Source: an uncultured Actinomycetes bacterium
Lineage (GTDB): Bacteria; Actinomycetota; Thermoleophilia; RBG-16-64-13
Direction: 5' to 3'
Length of the DNA stretch: 64,000 nucleotides
NCBI GenBank assembly: GCA_963841735.1
Contig: CAWJDT010000004.1
Location: 128,001 to 192,000 of the forward strand
The notes under the pieces are model-generated. The model ran no database searches. It was not told the DNA's origin and saw nothing but the letters and a program-made list of their open reading frames with translations. Of the stretch, positions 1-8,315 are shown piece by piece; within the stretch, counting starts at the first letter, position 1; each line of letters starts with the position of its first letter. The position numbers were made by a program, and so were the translations under genes.

Positions 1-797
1 TGGCGCGGGCCGGTGTGCGGGCAGTCACCCTGCTGGGCCAGAACGTCAACGCCTACGGCAAGGAGCCGGGATTCGCCGGTAGTGAGACCTTTGTCGATCT
101 GCTCAAGGCTGTGTGCGCGGTGCCGCGGATAGAGCGGGTCCGGTTCATGACCTCTCACCCCAAGGACGTCTCTGCCGGGTTGATCCATTTGCTGGGCGAG
201 CCGAACGAGCTGTGCGAGCATGTCCACCTTCCGGCGCAGTCGGGGAGCGACCGCATCCTAGAGGCCATGCGCAGGGGTTACAGTCGCGCGTCATATATCG
301 ACGTTGTGCAGCAATTGCGCAGGGCGGTTGGGGAACTGACGCTGACCACCGACCTGATCGTCGGCTTCCCCGGGGAAACGGAGGACGATTTCCGGGAGAC
401 GCTCTCACTGGTGGAGGAGTGTCAATTCGATGCTGCCTTCACTTTCGTATATTCACCCCGGCGGCAGACCGCGGCAGCGGAGCTACCCGGGAGGCTTGAT
501 CGGGCGGTGGCCCAAGAGCGTATGGCGCGGCTGGTGGAGGTGGTACAACGCATCGGCAGAGAGCGCAACGAGGCGATGCTCGGACGTGTGCTCGAGGTCA
601 TGGTGGAACGAGCCGATCGCCGAGGACAAGGGGCCGTGATGGGCCGCACCCGCGGCCACAAACCCGTGAACTTTCGATCGACGGCCGCCTCGGGCGATCT
701 GGTGATGGTGGAGTTGATCGAAGCCACGTCCACGAGCTTCACGGGTAAGCAGGTGGAGCGGTCCGGGAAGACGCCGGCGAGAGACGTGAGCACGTGA
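1..797 (+). CDS. miaB: tRNA-2-methylthio-N6-dimethylallyladenosine synthase MiaB, 5'-truncated by window edge
   Basis: Motifs TLLGQNVNAYG, RFMTSHPKD, HLPAQSGSDRIL, TDLIVGFPGET, YSPR; C-terminal TRAM-like region; directly upstream of miaA. Confidence 0.93.
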   Translation, partial: ARAGVRAVTLLGQNVNAYGKEPGFAGSETFVDLLKAVCAVPRIERVRFMTSHPKDVSAGLIHLLGEPNELCEHVHLPAQSGSDRILEAMRRGYSRASYIDVVQQLRRAVGELTLTTDLIVGFPGETEDDFRETLSLVEECQFDAAFTFVYSPRRQTAAAELPGRLDRAVAQERMARLVEVVQRIGRERNEAMLGRVLEVMVERADRRGQGAVMGRTRGHKPVNFRSTAASGDLVMVELIEATSTSFTGKQVERSGKTPARDVST

Positions 798-1792
798 GCG
801 ATACCGAGGAACCCAGGGCGGGCTCGGAGGAGCGCGGCTCAGGCAGGGTGATAGGCCTCCTGGGACCCACCGGAGCGGGCAAGACGGCAGTGGGCGTGGA
901 ACTCGCCAGATTGCTTGGTGTCGGGGTCATCTCCTGCGATTCCATGCAGATATACCGCGGCTTCTCCGTGCTGACCAATCAGCCAACGGTGTTGGAGGCC
1001 GGGGGAGTGCCGCACGCGTTGATGGGGTGCATCGAGCCCGGGGTTTCCTTTTCGGCTGGGGAGTACGCGGCTCTTGCCCGGCCGCTGATCGAAGAGAGTC
1101 TTTCGACCTGGGGCTGGGCCTTGGTCGTTGGCGGGAGCGGTCTATACATGAGGGCCGCTCTTGCGCCGCTGGCCATGCCGGCCGGGAGCGACCCGGAGCG
1201 GCGAAAAGTGCTGGAAGCCCGTCTGGAGAGCGAAGGGGCCGAAGCGCTGCACGCCGAGTTGGCAACCATCGACCCGGTGGCTGCTCAGGCGATCGATCCG
1301 CGCAACTCACGTCGGGTAGTCCGGGCGCTGGAGGCGGTGGGCGCCACCGGCAGGGAATGGTCGGGCCGGAGCGATCTATGGGAACCGGTCTACGACCACC
1401 CCACTACGTTGGTCGGCCTAGTCTCGGAGCGGACTTCACTCTACGACCGCATCGACGCCCGTGCGACCGCGATCGTGGGCGGAGGGGCTGTCGATGAAGT
1501 GCGCAGCTTCCGAGGGATGTCAGGGCCCGTCTCGACCATGCCGGGGTTGCCGGGAATCTGTAGCGCCATCGGCTATCCGGAGATATGCCGCTATCTAGAG
1601 GGGCTCCAGAGTCTTCAAGAGACCGTTGCCCAGGTCGCCGGGGCCACGCGTAGGTACGCCCGGAGGCAGCTCACTTGGCTGTCCAAGCTCGGGGACGCTG
1701 TTATCATTGACCCCGGACACAGGAGTGCGCGCGACGTCGCGCGGGACATACTCCATATTGCTAGGTCAGAAGAAGACGCAAGGGAGCGATAG
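794..1792 (+). CDS. miaA: tRNA dimethylallyltransferase
   Basis: P-loop GPTGAGKT, DSMQIYRG, VGGSGLY, TRRYARRQLTW; GTGA overlap with miaB. Confidence 0.96.
   Translation: MSDTEEPRAGSEERGSGRVIGLLGPTGAGKTAVGVELARLLGVGVISCDSMQIYRGFSVLTNQPTVLEAGGVPHALMGCIEPGVSFSAGEYAALARPLIEESLSTWGWALVVGGSGLYMRAALAPLAMPAGSDPERRKVLEARLESEGAEALHAELATIDPVAAQAIDPRNSRRVVRALEAVGATGREWSGRSDLWEPVYDHPTTLVGLVSERTSLYDRIDARATAIVGGGAVDEVRSFRGMSGPVSTMPGLPGICSAIGYPEICRYLEGLQSLQETVAQVAGATRRYARRQLTWLSKLGDAVIIDPGHRSARDVARDILHIARSEEDARER
1699..1707 (+). promoter_or_regulatory. Candidate extended -10 promoter inside the miaA 3' end, for dapF-dapL-dut
   Basis: TG-T-TATCAT matches TGn-TAnnnT about 90 nt upstream of dapF. Confidence 0.35.
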
Positions 1793-1797
1793 ACTCC

Positions 1798-2685
1798 GTG
1801 AAGTTCGCAAAGTGGCAGGGTATCGGCAACGACTACCTCATCGTGGAAGAGGAGTCACTTCCGGTTGCTCTGGATCCGGTCGCGGTCAGGATATTGTGTG
1901 ACCGTCATTTGGGGGTAGGCTCTGACGGGGTTCTGCTTCTGGGCCGGCCGACCGGCGCGGTTGCGGGAGCGGTGGCGCGCATGCGGGTGTTTAATCCCGA
2001 CGGCAGCGAGTCGGAGATGTGCGGCAACGGTATACGCATGTTCGCCAGATATCTGGTGGCGACAGGCCAGAGCCAAGGTAGCGAGTTCGTCGTGGAGACC
2101 TTGGCGGGGGCTATCAGACCTAGCCTACGGCCCGACGGTAGCGTCCGGGTGGATATGGGCAAGGCCCTGTTCTGTAGTGCGAACATCGCCGGCCATTGCG
2201 GCGACGGCGATGTGGTCGACGCGACGTTGATCGCGGAGGGTCAGCAATACCAGTTCACCTTCGTCGACGTGGGCAATCCTCACTGCGTGATGGTGGTGGA
2301 CGACCCGGATACGTTTGACGTGGCCGGAGTGGGTAGCCTCATCGAGCGTGACCCCATCTTTCCCAACCGTGTCAATGTGGAGTTTATTCGGTTGCTGTCC
2401 GACGGGTCGGTGCAGATGCGGGTGTGGGAGCGCGGGGTGGGCGAGACTCAGGCCTGCGGCACGGGAGCGACGGCGGTGGGAGCAGCGTGCGTCCGGCTAG
2501 GGCTGGCGGAGAGTCCTGTTTTGGTGCACCTGCTGGGCGGCGACCTTAACATAGAGGTGGAAGCCGGCGAGCCCTATCGAGTCTTTATGACAGGCCCGGC
2601 GGAGGAAGTATTCACGGGCCGACTTTCGGCAGATATTGTGCGTCGGCTGGCATGGCCGGCGGCCCGGACCGAGCAACGGCCCTGA
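1798..2685 (+). CDS. dapF: Diaminopimelate epimerase
   Basis: KWQGIGNDY, DRHLGVGSDG, NPDGSESEMCGNG, GNPH, RVWERGVGETQACGTG; both catalytic Cys present. Confidence 0.97.
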   Translation: MKFAKWQGIGNDYLIVEEESLPVALDPVAVRILCDRHLGVGSDGVLLLGRPTGAVAGAVARMRVFNPDGSESEMCGNGIRMFARYLVATGQSQGSEFVVETLAGAIRPSLRPDGSVRVDMGKALFCSANIAGHCGDGDVVDATLIAEGQQYQFTFVDVGNPHCVMVVDDPDTFDVAGVGSLIERDPIFPNRVNVEFIRLLSDGSVQMRVWERGVGETQACGTGATAVGAACVRLGLAESPVLVHLLGGDLNIEVEAGEPYRVFMTGPAEEVFTGRLSADIVRRLAWPAARTEQRP

Positions 2686-2713
2686 GCGGCCATCAGCCAA
2701 CGAGGAGGCGAAC

Positions 2714-3877
2714 GTGAAGTTCTCCCGGCGCATGGACAACCTTGCTCCGTACCTATTCGCGGAGATGGAACGCAAGATCGCGGACAAGCGGAACAGTGGC
2801 GTGGATGTGATCAGCCTGGGCATCGGTGACCCTGATCTGCCCACACCCGCGTATATAGTGGAGGAGATGCAACGCCAGGTAGCCGACGCAGCCAACCACC
2901 GCTATCCGAGCAACTGGGGCCTGCGGGATTTTGGGGAGGCGGCCGCTTCCTTCTACCGGCGCAGATTCGGTGTGGAGCTCGACCCGGGCAAGGAGTTCTT
3001 CCCCTTGTTGGGGGCCAAGGAGGGTCTGGCTCACATATGCTGGGCGTTGCTGGACGCCGGCGATTTGGCTTTGGTACCTGATCCGGGATACCCGGTGTAC
3101 GCGGGTGGGTCTCTCATCGTGGGAGCGGAGGTCAAATACCTGAATCTTAGCCCGGAGAAAGGGTTTCTTCCCGACTTGGATGAGATCAGCGAAGAAGAGG
3201 CCCGGCGGGCGAAGGTTCTCTTCATTGGCTACCCAAACAATCCCACAGCCGCTGTGGTTGAGGATGGTTTCTTCGAGCGAGTGGTGGCCTTTGCCAAGAA
3301 GTACGACGTGGCGGTAGTGCACGACAACGCCTACTCGGAGCTCACTTACGACGGATACGTCGCTCCGAGTTTTCTGAGCGTGCCGGGGGCCAAGGACGTA
3401 GGCGTGGAGTTGTTCAGCTTCTCGAAGCCTTTCAACATGACGGGCTGGCGCATAGGGTTCGCGGTGGGAAATCACGAGATCCTGGCGCACTTATGGAGAC
3501 TGAAGACCAATATGGATTCGGGCATGTTCGACGCTCTGCAGAGGACGGCGGCTTTCATTCTAAACGGGCCTTGGGACTCTGTGCGTGAGATGTGCTCCAT
3601 CTACGCCCGCCGCCGCGACCTGCTGGCCGAGGCCCTCACCTCAGTGGGGATTTCTGTTCCCAAGCCCAGGGCGACCGTGTACATGTGGGTCCCGGTGCCG
3701 CAGGGATACACGTCGGCTTCTTTTAGCGAGCACGTCCTAGAACAGGCAGGCGTTGTGGTGACTCCAGGCCGTGGCTACGGCCCAGCCGGGGAGGGCTTCG
3801 TGCGGTTGTCGCTGACTACCGCCGACGAGCGCATAGCCGAAGCGGTGGCACGGATCGAACGTTCCCTGCGGCTGTAG
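2714..3877 (+). CDS. dapL: LL-diaminopimelate aminotransferase (class I/II PLP aminotransferase)
   Basis: APYLFAE N-terminus, LGIGDPD, YPNNPT, DNAY, SFSKPFNMTGWRIG; adjacent to dapF; GTG at 2714 follows RBS GAGGAGG (the ORF track start at 2636 is too early). Confidence 0.8.
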   Translation: MKFSRRMDNLAPYLFAEMERKIADKRNSGVDVISLGIGDPDLPTPAYIVEEMQRQVADAANHRYPSNWGLRDFGEAAASFYRRRFGVELDPGKEFFPLLGAKEGLAHICWALLDAGDLALVPDPGYPVYAGGSLIVGAEVKYLNLSPEKGFLPDLDEISEEEARRAKVLFIGYPNNPTAAVVEDGFFERVVAFAKKYDVAVVHDNAYSELTYDGYVAPSFLSVPGAKDVGVELFSFSKPFNMTGWRIGFAVGNHEILAHLWRLKTNMDSGMFDALQRTAAFILNGPWDSVREMCSIYARRRDLLAEALTSVGISVPKPRATVYMWVPVPQGYTSASFSEHVLEQAGVVVTPGRGYGPAGEGFVRLSLTTADERIAEAVARIERSLRL

Positions 3878-3922
3878 TGCTCGTCAACCGACCAAGAACA
3901 CGAGGGGAGCGGGACCGGTCGC

Positions 3923-4351
3923 GTGGAAATTGAGGTCAAGCTGCTTCATCCCGCGGCGCGCGTTCCTGTGCGCGCCCATGCGGGCGATGCCGGGGCGGAC
4001 TTGTGTTCCGTTGAGGAGACAAGCATCCCTGCGGGTGAGCGGCGTGATGTGGGTACCGGTCTGGCTCTAGCTATTCCCAGTGGATATGCAGGTTTTGTGC
4101 AGCCTCGCTCAGGGCTGGCCTTCAAGCACGGCATCATGGTGGTGAACTCACCAGGCCTTATTGACGCCGGCTACAGGGGAGAAGTGCGTGTGAGCCTCTA
4201 CAACTCCGGGAGCGACAGTTTCCTGGTCAAAGTCGGGGAGCGCATAGCCCAACTGGTGGTGCAACGGGTCGAAGAGCCGGCTTTTGTCGAGACGGTCACA
4301 ATGACCGATACTGTGCGCGGTCAAGGCGGGTTCGGCAGCAGCGGGCGCTGA
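3923..4351 (+). CDS. dut: dUTP diphosphatase
   Basis: AGADL, PRSGLA, GLIDAGYRGE, GERIAQ, RGQGGFGSSG motifs. Confidence 0.97.
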   Translation: MEIEVKLLHPAARVPVRAHAGDAGADLCSVEETSIPAGERRDVGTGLALAIPSGYAGFVQPRSGLAFKHGIMVVNSPGLIDAGYRGEVRVSLYNSGSDSFLVKVGERIAQLVVQRVEEPAFVETVTMTDTVRGQGGFGSSGR

Positions 4352-4430
4352 GGCGCTTTCCCCGGTTCGGCCAACGGGCCACTCTTCGGACATCCAATTT
4401 CCTCTGCGAGGCTGTTTGATGGCTGTCTTG

Positions 4431-4450
4431 CGCCAAAGTGCGTCAAAAGT
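4431..4450 (+). promoter_or_regulatory. Tandem direct-repeat box, copy 1 (CGCCAAAGTG CGTCAAAAGT), upstream of the major pilin
   Basis: 18/20 identical to 6444-6463; both copies are intergenic and just upstream of pilin promoters. Confidence 0.6.
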
Positions 4451-4463
4451 ACTACACGAAGGG

Positions 4464-4491
4464 CTCAAGTCCGGTCGCAGAATGCCGATAG
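4464..4491 (+). promoter_or_regulatory. Sigma28 (FliA/WhiG)-type promoter
   Basis: (C)TCAA at 4464-4468, 15-nt spacer, GCCGATAG at 4484-4491, versus consensus TAAA-N15-GCCGATAA. Confidence 0.65.
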
Positions 4492-4549
4492 GAATCACGG
4501 TGCCCAATACAGACACTAGAATACTTTCGGACCCAAGGAGGAAATGCAA

Positions 4550-5041
4550 ATGTTCAAGTTGATCCACAAAAGGATGAAGGGCGAGAAAGGTTTCACCCTC
4601 ATCGAACTCCTGGTGGTGATTATCATCATCGCCATTCTGGCAGCGATCGCCATCCCGACCTTCCTCGGCCAGCGCCAGAAGGCTCAGGACGCTTCTGCTA
4701 AGTCCCTCGTCCGCAATGCCATGACTGCCATCGAATCCTCCTACGTCGACCTGAGAGACTTCTCCGTAGCTGGCATGACATCAGACGTTCTCGAGGCAAT
4801 CGAGCCCGCCATCACATTCAATGCGGTTGCTACGGGCGTGGCACTGACTGCTGCTCCCGGCGGCGCAACTGAAGACAACGCAGTCGGCTACTTCGGCGAT
4901 GATCAGACGTACGAGGTCGGGTCCTTGGCCGAGTCCGGAACGGCTTGGTCAGTGTCCGTAGACAAGAGTTCCACTGGTACCGGCACCACCTACTACAAGA
5001 TCAGCGACGCCGAAGACGCTGCGGCTGTTGAGGGTTGGTAA
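4550..5041 (+). CDS. pilA: Type IV pilin, probable major subunit
   Basis: Class III signal peptide KGEKG|FTLIELLVVIIIIAILAAIAIP with E5 and P22; strong RBS AAGGAGG 8 nt before ATG 4550 (ATG 4544 is too close to it); strong hairpin downstream. Confidence 0.92.
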   Translation: MFKLIHKRMKGEKGFTLIELLVVIIIIAILAAIAIPTFLGQRQKAQDASAKSLVRNAMTAIESSYVDLRDFSVAGMTSDVLEAIEPAITFNAVATGVALTAAPGGATEDNAVGYFGDDQTYEVGSLAESGTAWSVSVDKSSTGTGTTYYKISDAEDAAAVEGW

Positions 5042-5117
5042 CAGCCTGACGGCTCTGCCGCTGGGCTAAGTAATCGGCCATCGCTGGTCTGATTCCTGAA
5101 GCTACATACCGACGACA

Positions 5118-5153
5118 GGGGGCAACGGGCCCGCAAGAGGATCCGTTGCCCCC
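5118..5153 (+). terminator. Strong GC-rich hairpin after pilA (terminator or mRNA-stabilising stem; no U tract)
   Basis: GGGGGCAACGG...CCGTTGCCCCC, perfect 11-bp stem. Confidence 0.6.
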
Positions 5154-5194
5154 CGTGCTATCTAGGGAGTACCAGAGTGGGCGGTGGAAGAGCC

Positions 5195-5812
5195 ATGGTT
5201 CGCGCGAAATTGGAACGACGGAGCGTCAAGCGAATCGCTTGGTGTGGCGCGGTGATAGTCTCGGTGTTGTTGTCCGTGTCAGCGCCAGGGTGTTCCAACC
5301 CGCTCGCGAAGGCAGATCACTTGGCGGCTGTCGGTGACCTAGCTGGAGCGGAGGCCATCTACAAGGACGTGCTGGCTTCAGAGCCTGACGACTTGCGGGC
5401 ACTAAGCGGACTGGCAGCGGCGCTCAGCGTGCAGGGCAAGCACGACGAAGCCCTGCCCATCCAGGAGCAAGTGGTGGCCGCCGATCCGGACGAAGTCCAG
5501 ATCAGGGTGGAGTTGGGGTTCAACTATCTCAACCACCAGGATCGGAGTGCGGACGCGGTGCGGGTCCTGGCTGAGGCGGCCGTGCTCGACGGCAGCGCGA
5601 AGTATCTGACCTTCCTGGGCCAGGCTCAGATCAAGGCTGGGCAGCACGGAGACGCAGAGATATCTCTGAGGGAGGCCATGGCGGTCGACCCGCAGTACGC
5701 CTATTCGTATTCTGTGCTCGTGCGTATGTTGGAGGACGACATGAGGCCCTCGGATGCGGCTGAACTTCGCCAGTTGGCTGTATCTCGCGGCGTGAACATA
5801 GTGATTCCATAG
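5195..5812 (+). CDS. Tetratricopeptide-repeat protein, probable lipoprotein
   Basis: Basic N-terminus, hydrophobic stretch, lipobox-like SAPG|C; TPR-like repeats (ALSGLAAALSVQGKHDEA, YLTFLGQAQIKAGQHGDA). Confidence 0.75.
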   Translation: MVRAKLERRSVKRIAWCGAVIVSVLLSVSAPGCSNPLAKADHLAAVGDLAGAEAIYKDVLASEPDDLRALSGLAAALSVQGKHDEALPIQEQVVAADPDEVQIRVELGFNYLNHQDRSADAVRVLAEAAVLDGSAKYLTFLGQAQIKAGQHGDAEISLREAMAVDPQYAYSYSVLVRMLEDDMRPSDAAELRQLAVSRGVNIVIP

Positions 5813-5863
5813 CCGCCCACTCAAGAGCGGGGCGGGATTCGTTTGCGAAGGGAGGTGCCGGGA

Positions 5864-6364
5864 ATGAAGGGTATATTCCGAGATTGCGAAGGGAGCCAGA
5901 AGGGCTTCACACTGATCGAGCTTCTGATTGTGATCATCGTGATTGCCATCCTGTGCGCCATCGCCATCCCTACGTTCTTGGGTCAGCGCGAAAGAGCTAA
6001 CGACACAGCGGCGTATACCCTGGTGCGGAACGGTCTGACGGTAGTGCAAACCGCATTCACGGACACAGGCGACTACACAGAGATGGACGTGGACATGCTG
6101 AACGAGATCGACACGTCCATGACGTGGGTGGACAACGAGGGCGACCTGGTCAGCACGTCGCCGCCGGGCATAACGGCGGGCGTTGTGGCAGACGCCATCG
6201 ACAAGAAGATAGCCGTGAACTTCAAGTCCTCGGACGTGGTCGAACTTGCCAGCAAGAGCGCCAGCGGCAATTGGTTCGGCATACGGATAGACACGCAGGA
6301 CCTCAGTGAAACCGGGTTTGTCAAGGTTAAGCTAGTGGACGGCAGCGCCGACCTGGGTTGGTAG
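5864..6364 (+). CDS. Second type IV pilin, paralogue of pilA
   Basis: SQKG|FTLIELLIVIIVIAILCAIAIPTFLGQR; RBS GGGAGG; ends in GW like pilA. Confidence 0.92.
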   Translation: MKGIFRDCEGSQKGFTLIELLIVIIVIAILCAIAIPTFLGQRERANDTAAYTLVRNGLTVVQTAFTDTGDYTEMDVDMLNEIDTSMTWVDNEGDLVSTSPPGITAGVVADAIDKKIAVNFKSSDVVELASKSASGNWFGIRIDTQDLSETGFVKVKLVDGSADLGW

Positions 6365-6443
6365 TAGCGTAGGGCGCTCGGTTGGCACCGCGCAGTTCTC
6401 CGCTATTCCGCTCTGCTTCTTGTCCTGAAGGCGGGCGCGGGTC

Positions 6444-6463
6444 CGCCAAAGTGCGACGAAAGT
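6444..6463 (+). promoter_or_regulatory. Tandem direct-repeat box, copy 2 (CGCCAAAGTG CGACGAAAGT), upstream of the minor pilin operon
   Basis: 18/20 identical to 4431-4450; 27 nt upstream of -10-like TAGTCT (6491-6496). Confidence 0.6.
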
Positions 6464-6503
6464 CGCTGTCGCCGTTTGCGGGGCGGCCTGTAGTCTCAGG
6501 TTC

Positions 6504-6977
6504 ATGAGACCACGACTCCTCGACACCCCGCCGTCCGGATACAGCCTCATCGAGCTGCTGTTTGTAATTGCCATCCTGGGTATCTGCTTGACCGTCTCTT
6601 CGATATCTGTGGCTGCTGGGCTGCGCACGAACGAAGCGAGGGGGGCGGCGCAAATCTGGCAGACCGCAGCGGCCTGGGCCCAGGTGGGAGTGCTGTGGCA
6701 AGGGGGCAGCACTCAAGTTCAGTACGAAGTCGGAGATCTAGTGGTGGCCAACGACCTCGGGCTGAGCGGTGGGGACTTGGGGCAGTCGGGCCCACCGGTG
6801 CCGGTTACTACCAATCTGGCGCGGTGGCGAGATGGTGATGGCGTCACAGTGAGCTTTGGGGCTCTCGGTGCTCCCGACGGGGGCGGGTCGCTGTACTTTC
6901 AGGCGTGGCGTGGGGCCTACCGGGTGGCTGTCCGTCCGGAAAGCGGCCTGACGGCACGGAGCCGGGTGGACCTTTGA
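6504..6977 (+). CDS. Minor pilin, FimU/FimT/GspH-like
   Basis: SG|YSLIELLFVIAILG prepilin motif; C-terminal VSFGALGAPDGGGSLYF pattern resembles GspH/FimT; TAGTCT 7 nt before ATG (leaderless-like). Confidence 0.8.
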   Translation: MRPRLLDTPPSGYSLIELLFVIAILGICLTVSSISVAAGLRTNEARGAAQIWQTAAAWAQVGVLWQGGSTQVQYEVGDLVVANDLGLSGGDLGQSGPPVPVTTNLARWRDGDGVTVSFGALGAPDGGGSLYFQAWRGAYRVAVRPESGLTARSRVDL

Positions 6978-7720
6978 TGAGCAGGAAGACGCCGTTTGGG
7001 AGCGCGGTGGCGTGCATGGCCGGCTCTATCCTGATCGAAGTGGTGATCGCGGTGCTGCTGGCCGGTTTGCTGGTCGGTGAGCTTGCGGCGGGATTCTTGG
7101 GAGCAGAGGATCGAGCCGCACACGTGGAGGCTCAGGCGGCCTCTGTCGGGCCGGATACCGCTGCCTCGGGCGGTGACCCCTGGAGCTGGGGACCTTCGGT
7201 CTCATGGCTTTGCTGGGATGCCGGCCCTGTGCTTCGCGTAGGATCACGACAGCGCGACCGGGCGGAGCAGTTGGTGGCCGGTCTTTGGGCGGACGGCTGG
7301 TTCCTTGGCGAGCAGGGGCTTGGCTCGGACGCCGGCCTGACGATTTCAGCAGCGACCTGGCAGGAGATGCAAGGGCGGGAGCTGGTGGTTCGCATTCGCG
7401 AGAGCGAGGGGGAGTGGGGGCCTCCTTGGCGATCGGTGGTTCCCAATGTGTATGGCGACACCGGCGGAGAGAAAGCTGTTGGGCTGCCGGCGGCCGAACA
7501 GGCTGGAGTTCTGGGCGGGCAGGCGGTTGCGGTGCATGTGCCCTCGCTGGCTACTGCCGTCCTGGAAGCCTCGTGGAGCGATCATCCACAGGAATCCGTG
7601 GGCCTCGGCGCCCCGCTATTCCTTGTTCCTTCGACGTCAGGCCTCAGTGACATAGCCGTCTCAGATAACGTCCAGAGCTGGTTTGGGGAACCGGGCCGTG
7701 CGGTCGACGTTTACTTTTAG
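6977..7720 (+). CDS. Minor pilin, PilV/GspI-like position, with long C-terminal domain
   Basis: AG|SILIEVVIAVLLAG prepilin motif; TGATG coupling to the upstream gene. Confidence 0.7.
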   Translation: MSRKTPFGSAVACMAGSILIEVVIAVLLAGLLVGELAAGFLGAEDRAAHVEAQAASVGPDTAASGGDPWSWGPSVSWLCWDAGPVLRVGSRQRDRAEQLVAGLWADGWFLGEQGLGSDAGLTISAATWQEMQGRELVVRIRESEGEWGPPWRSVVPNVYGDTGGEKAVGLPAAEQAGVLGGQAVAVHVPSLATAVLEASWSDHPQESVGLGAPLFLVPSTSGLSDIAVSDNVQSWFGEPGRAVDVYF

Positions 7721-8315
7721 GCCGGGGCCTTCAGGCGGCGTTCTAGGGTTCAGCGCGGTGGAACTCCTTATCGGACTTGCGTTGACGGTGTGCTTGGCAT
7801 TGGCCGTCTGCCCGCTGTGGGCTCATATGGATCGGGCAGCCGCGTCGCGGACGGACATGAGTGTGGCTCTCGTGCAGAGCAGGGTGGCGGTGGCTCGCCT
7901 AGAGAGGGACCTGAGGCTTTCTAGCGCAGTCGGGTGCCGTTTCGCAACCGTGGGCCCCATCCTCGAAGCCTCGGTGTCTCAAGTGGTCTTTCTCGAACCG
8001 TGCGTAGCCGGACCCGAACCGTTGCTCGTGGAGTGGGAGGTGAGCGGGGGCGCTCTGATGCGTCGGTGGGGTGCGTGTCCGGCGGTGAGGCCTTCAGCGT
8101 TTGGACACTCGCTGTACTTGGATCATAAAACTATGCTCGAGCAGTTAGATGTGGGCGGGTCCTTCAGTTACCTGGTCGACGGGCTTGCGCTCGAAGGTCC
8201 CGTGCCCGAGTCTGCACTGGCCTCGATAGAAGCAGTGATCCTGGAAGCGCCGATGAGAGTCGCTGGTGGTCCGGGCGCGATGGCGGTGAGAATCTTGGCT
8301 CGGGTGGGCCGATGA
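7698..8315 (+). CDS. Minor pilin, PilW/GspJ-like
   Basis: LG|FSAVELLIGLAL motif; RVAVARLERDLR helix typical of PilW/GspJ; start codon uncertain (7683 or 7698). Confidence 0.78.
   Translation: MRSTFTFRPGPSGGVLGFSAVELLIGLALTVCLALAVCPLWAHMDRAAASRTDMSVALVQSRVAVARLERDLRLSSAVGCRFATVGPILEASVSQVVFLEPCVAGPEPLLVEWEVSGGALMRRWGACPAVRPSAFGHSLYLDHKTMLEQLDVGGSFSYLVDGLALEGPVPESALASIEAVILEAPMRVAGGPGAMAVRILARVGR

Noticed and set aside
4595-4925. Resemblance to Geobacter PilA (aromatics at mature positions 1, 24, 51, 57 and an internal FGDDQTY), suggesting conductive pili
   Set aside because: Positions 27 and 32 are Gln not Tyr, the pilin is full length, alpha1 similarity is generic for T4a pilins, and no cytochromes are nearby; the short match is probably chance
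5820-5850. Second sigma28-like promoter (CTCAAG...TGCGAAG) before pilin 2
   Set aside because: Spacer is too long and the -10 match poor; the region is better explained as a small hairpin plus RBS
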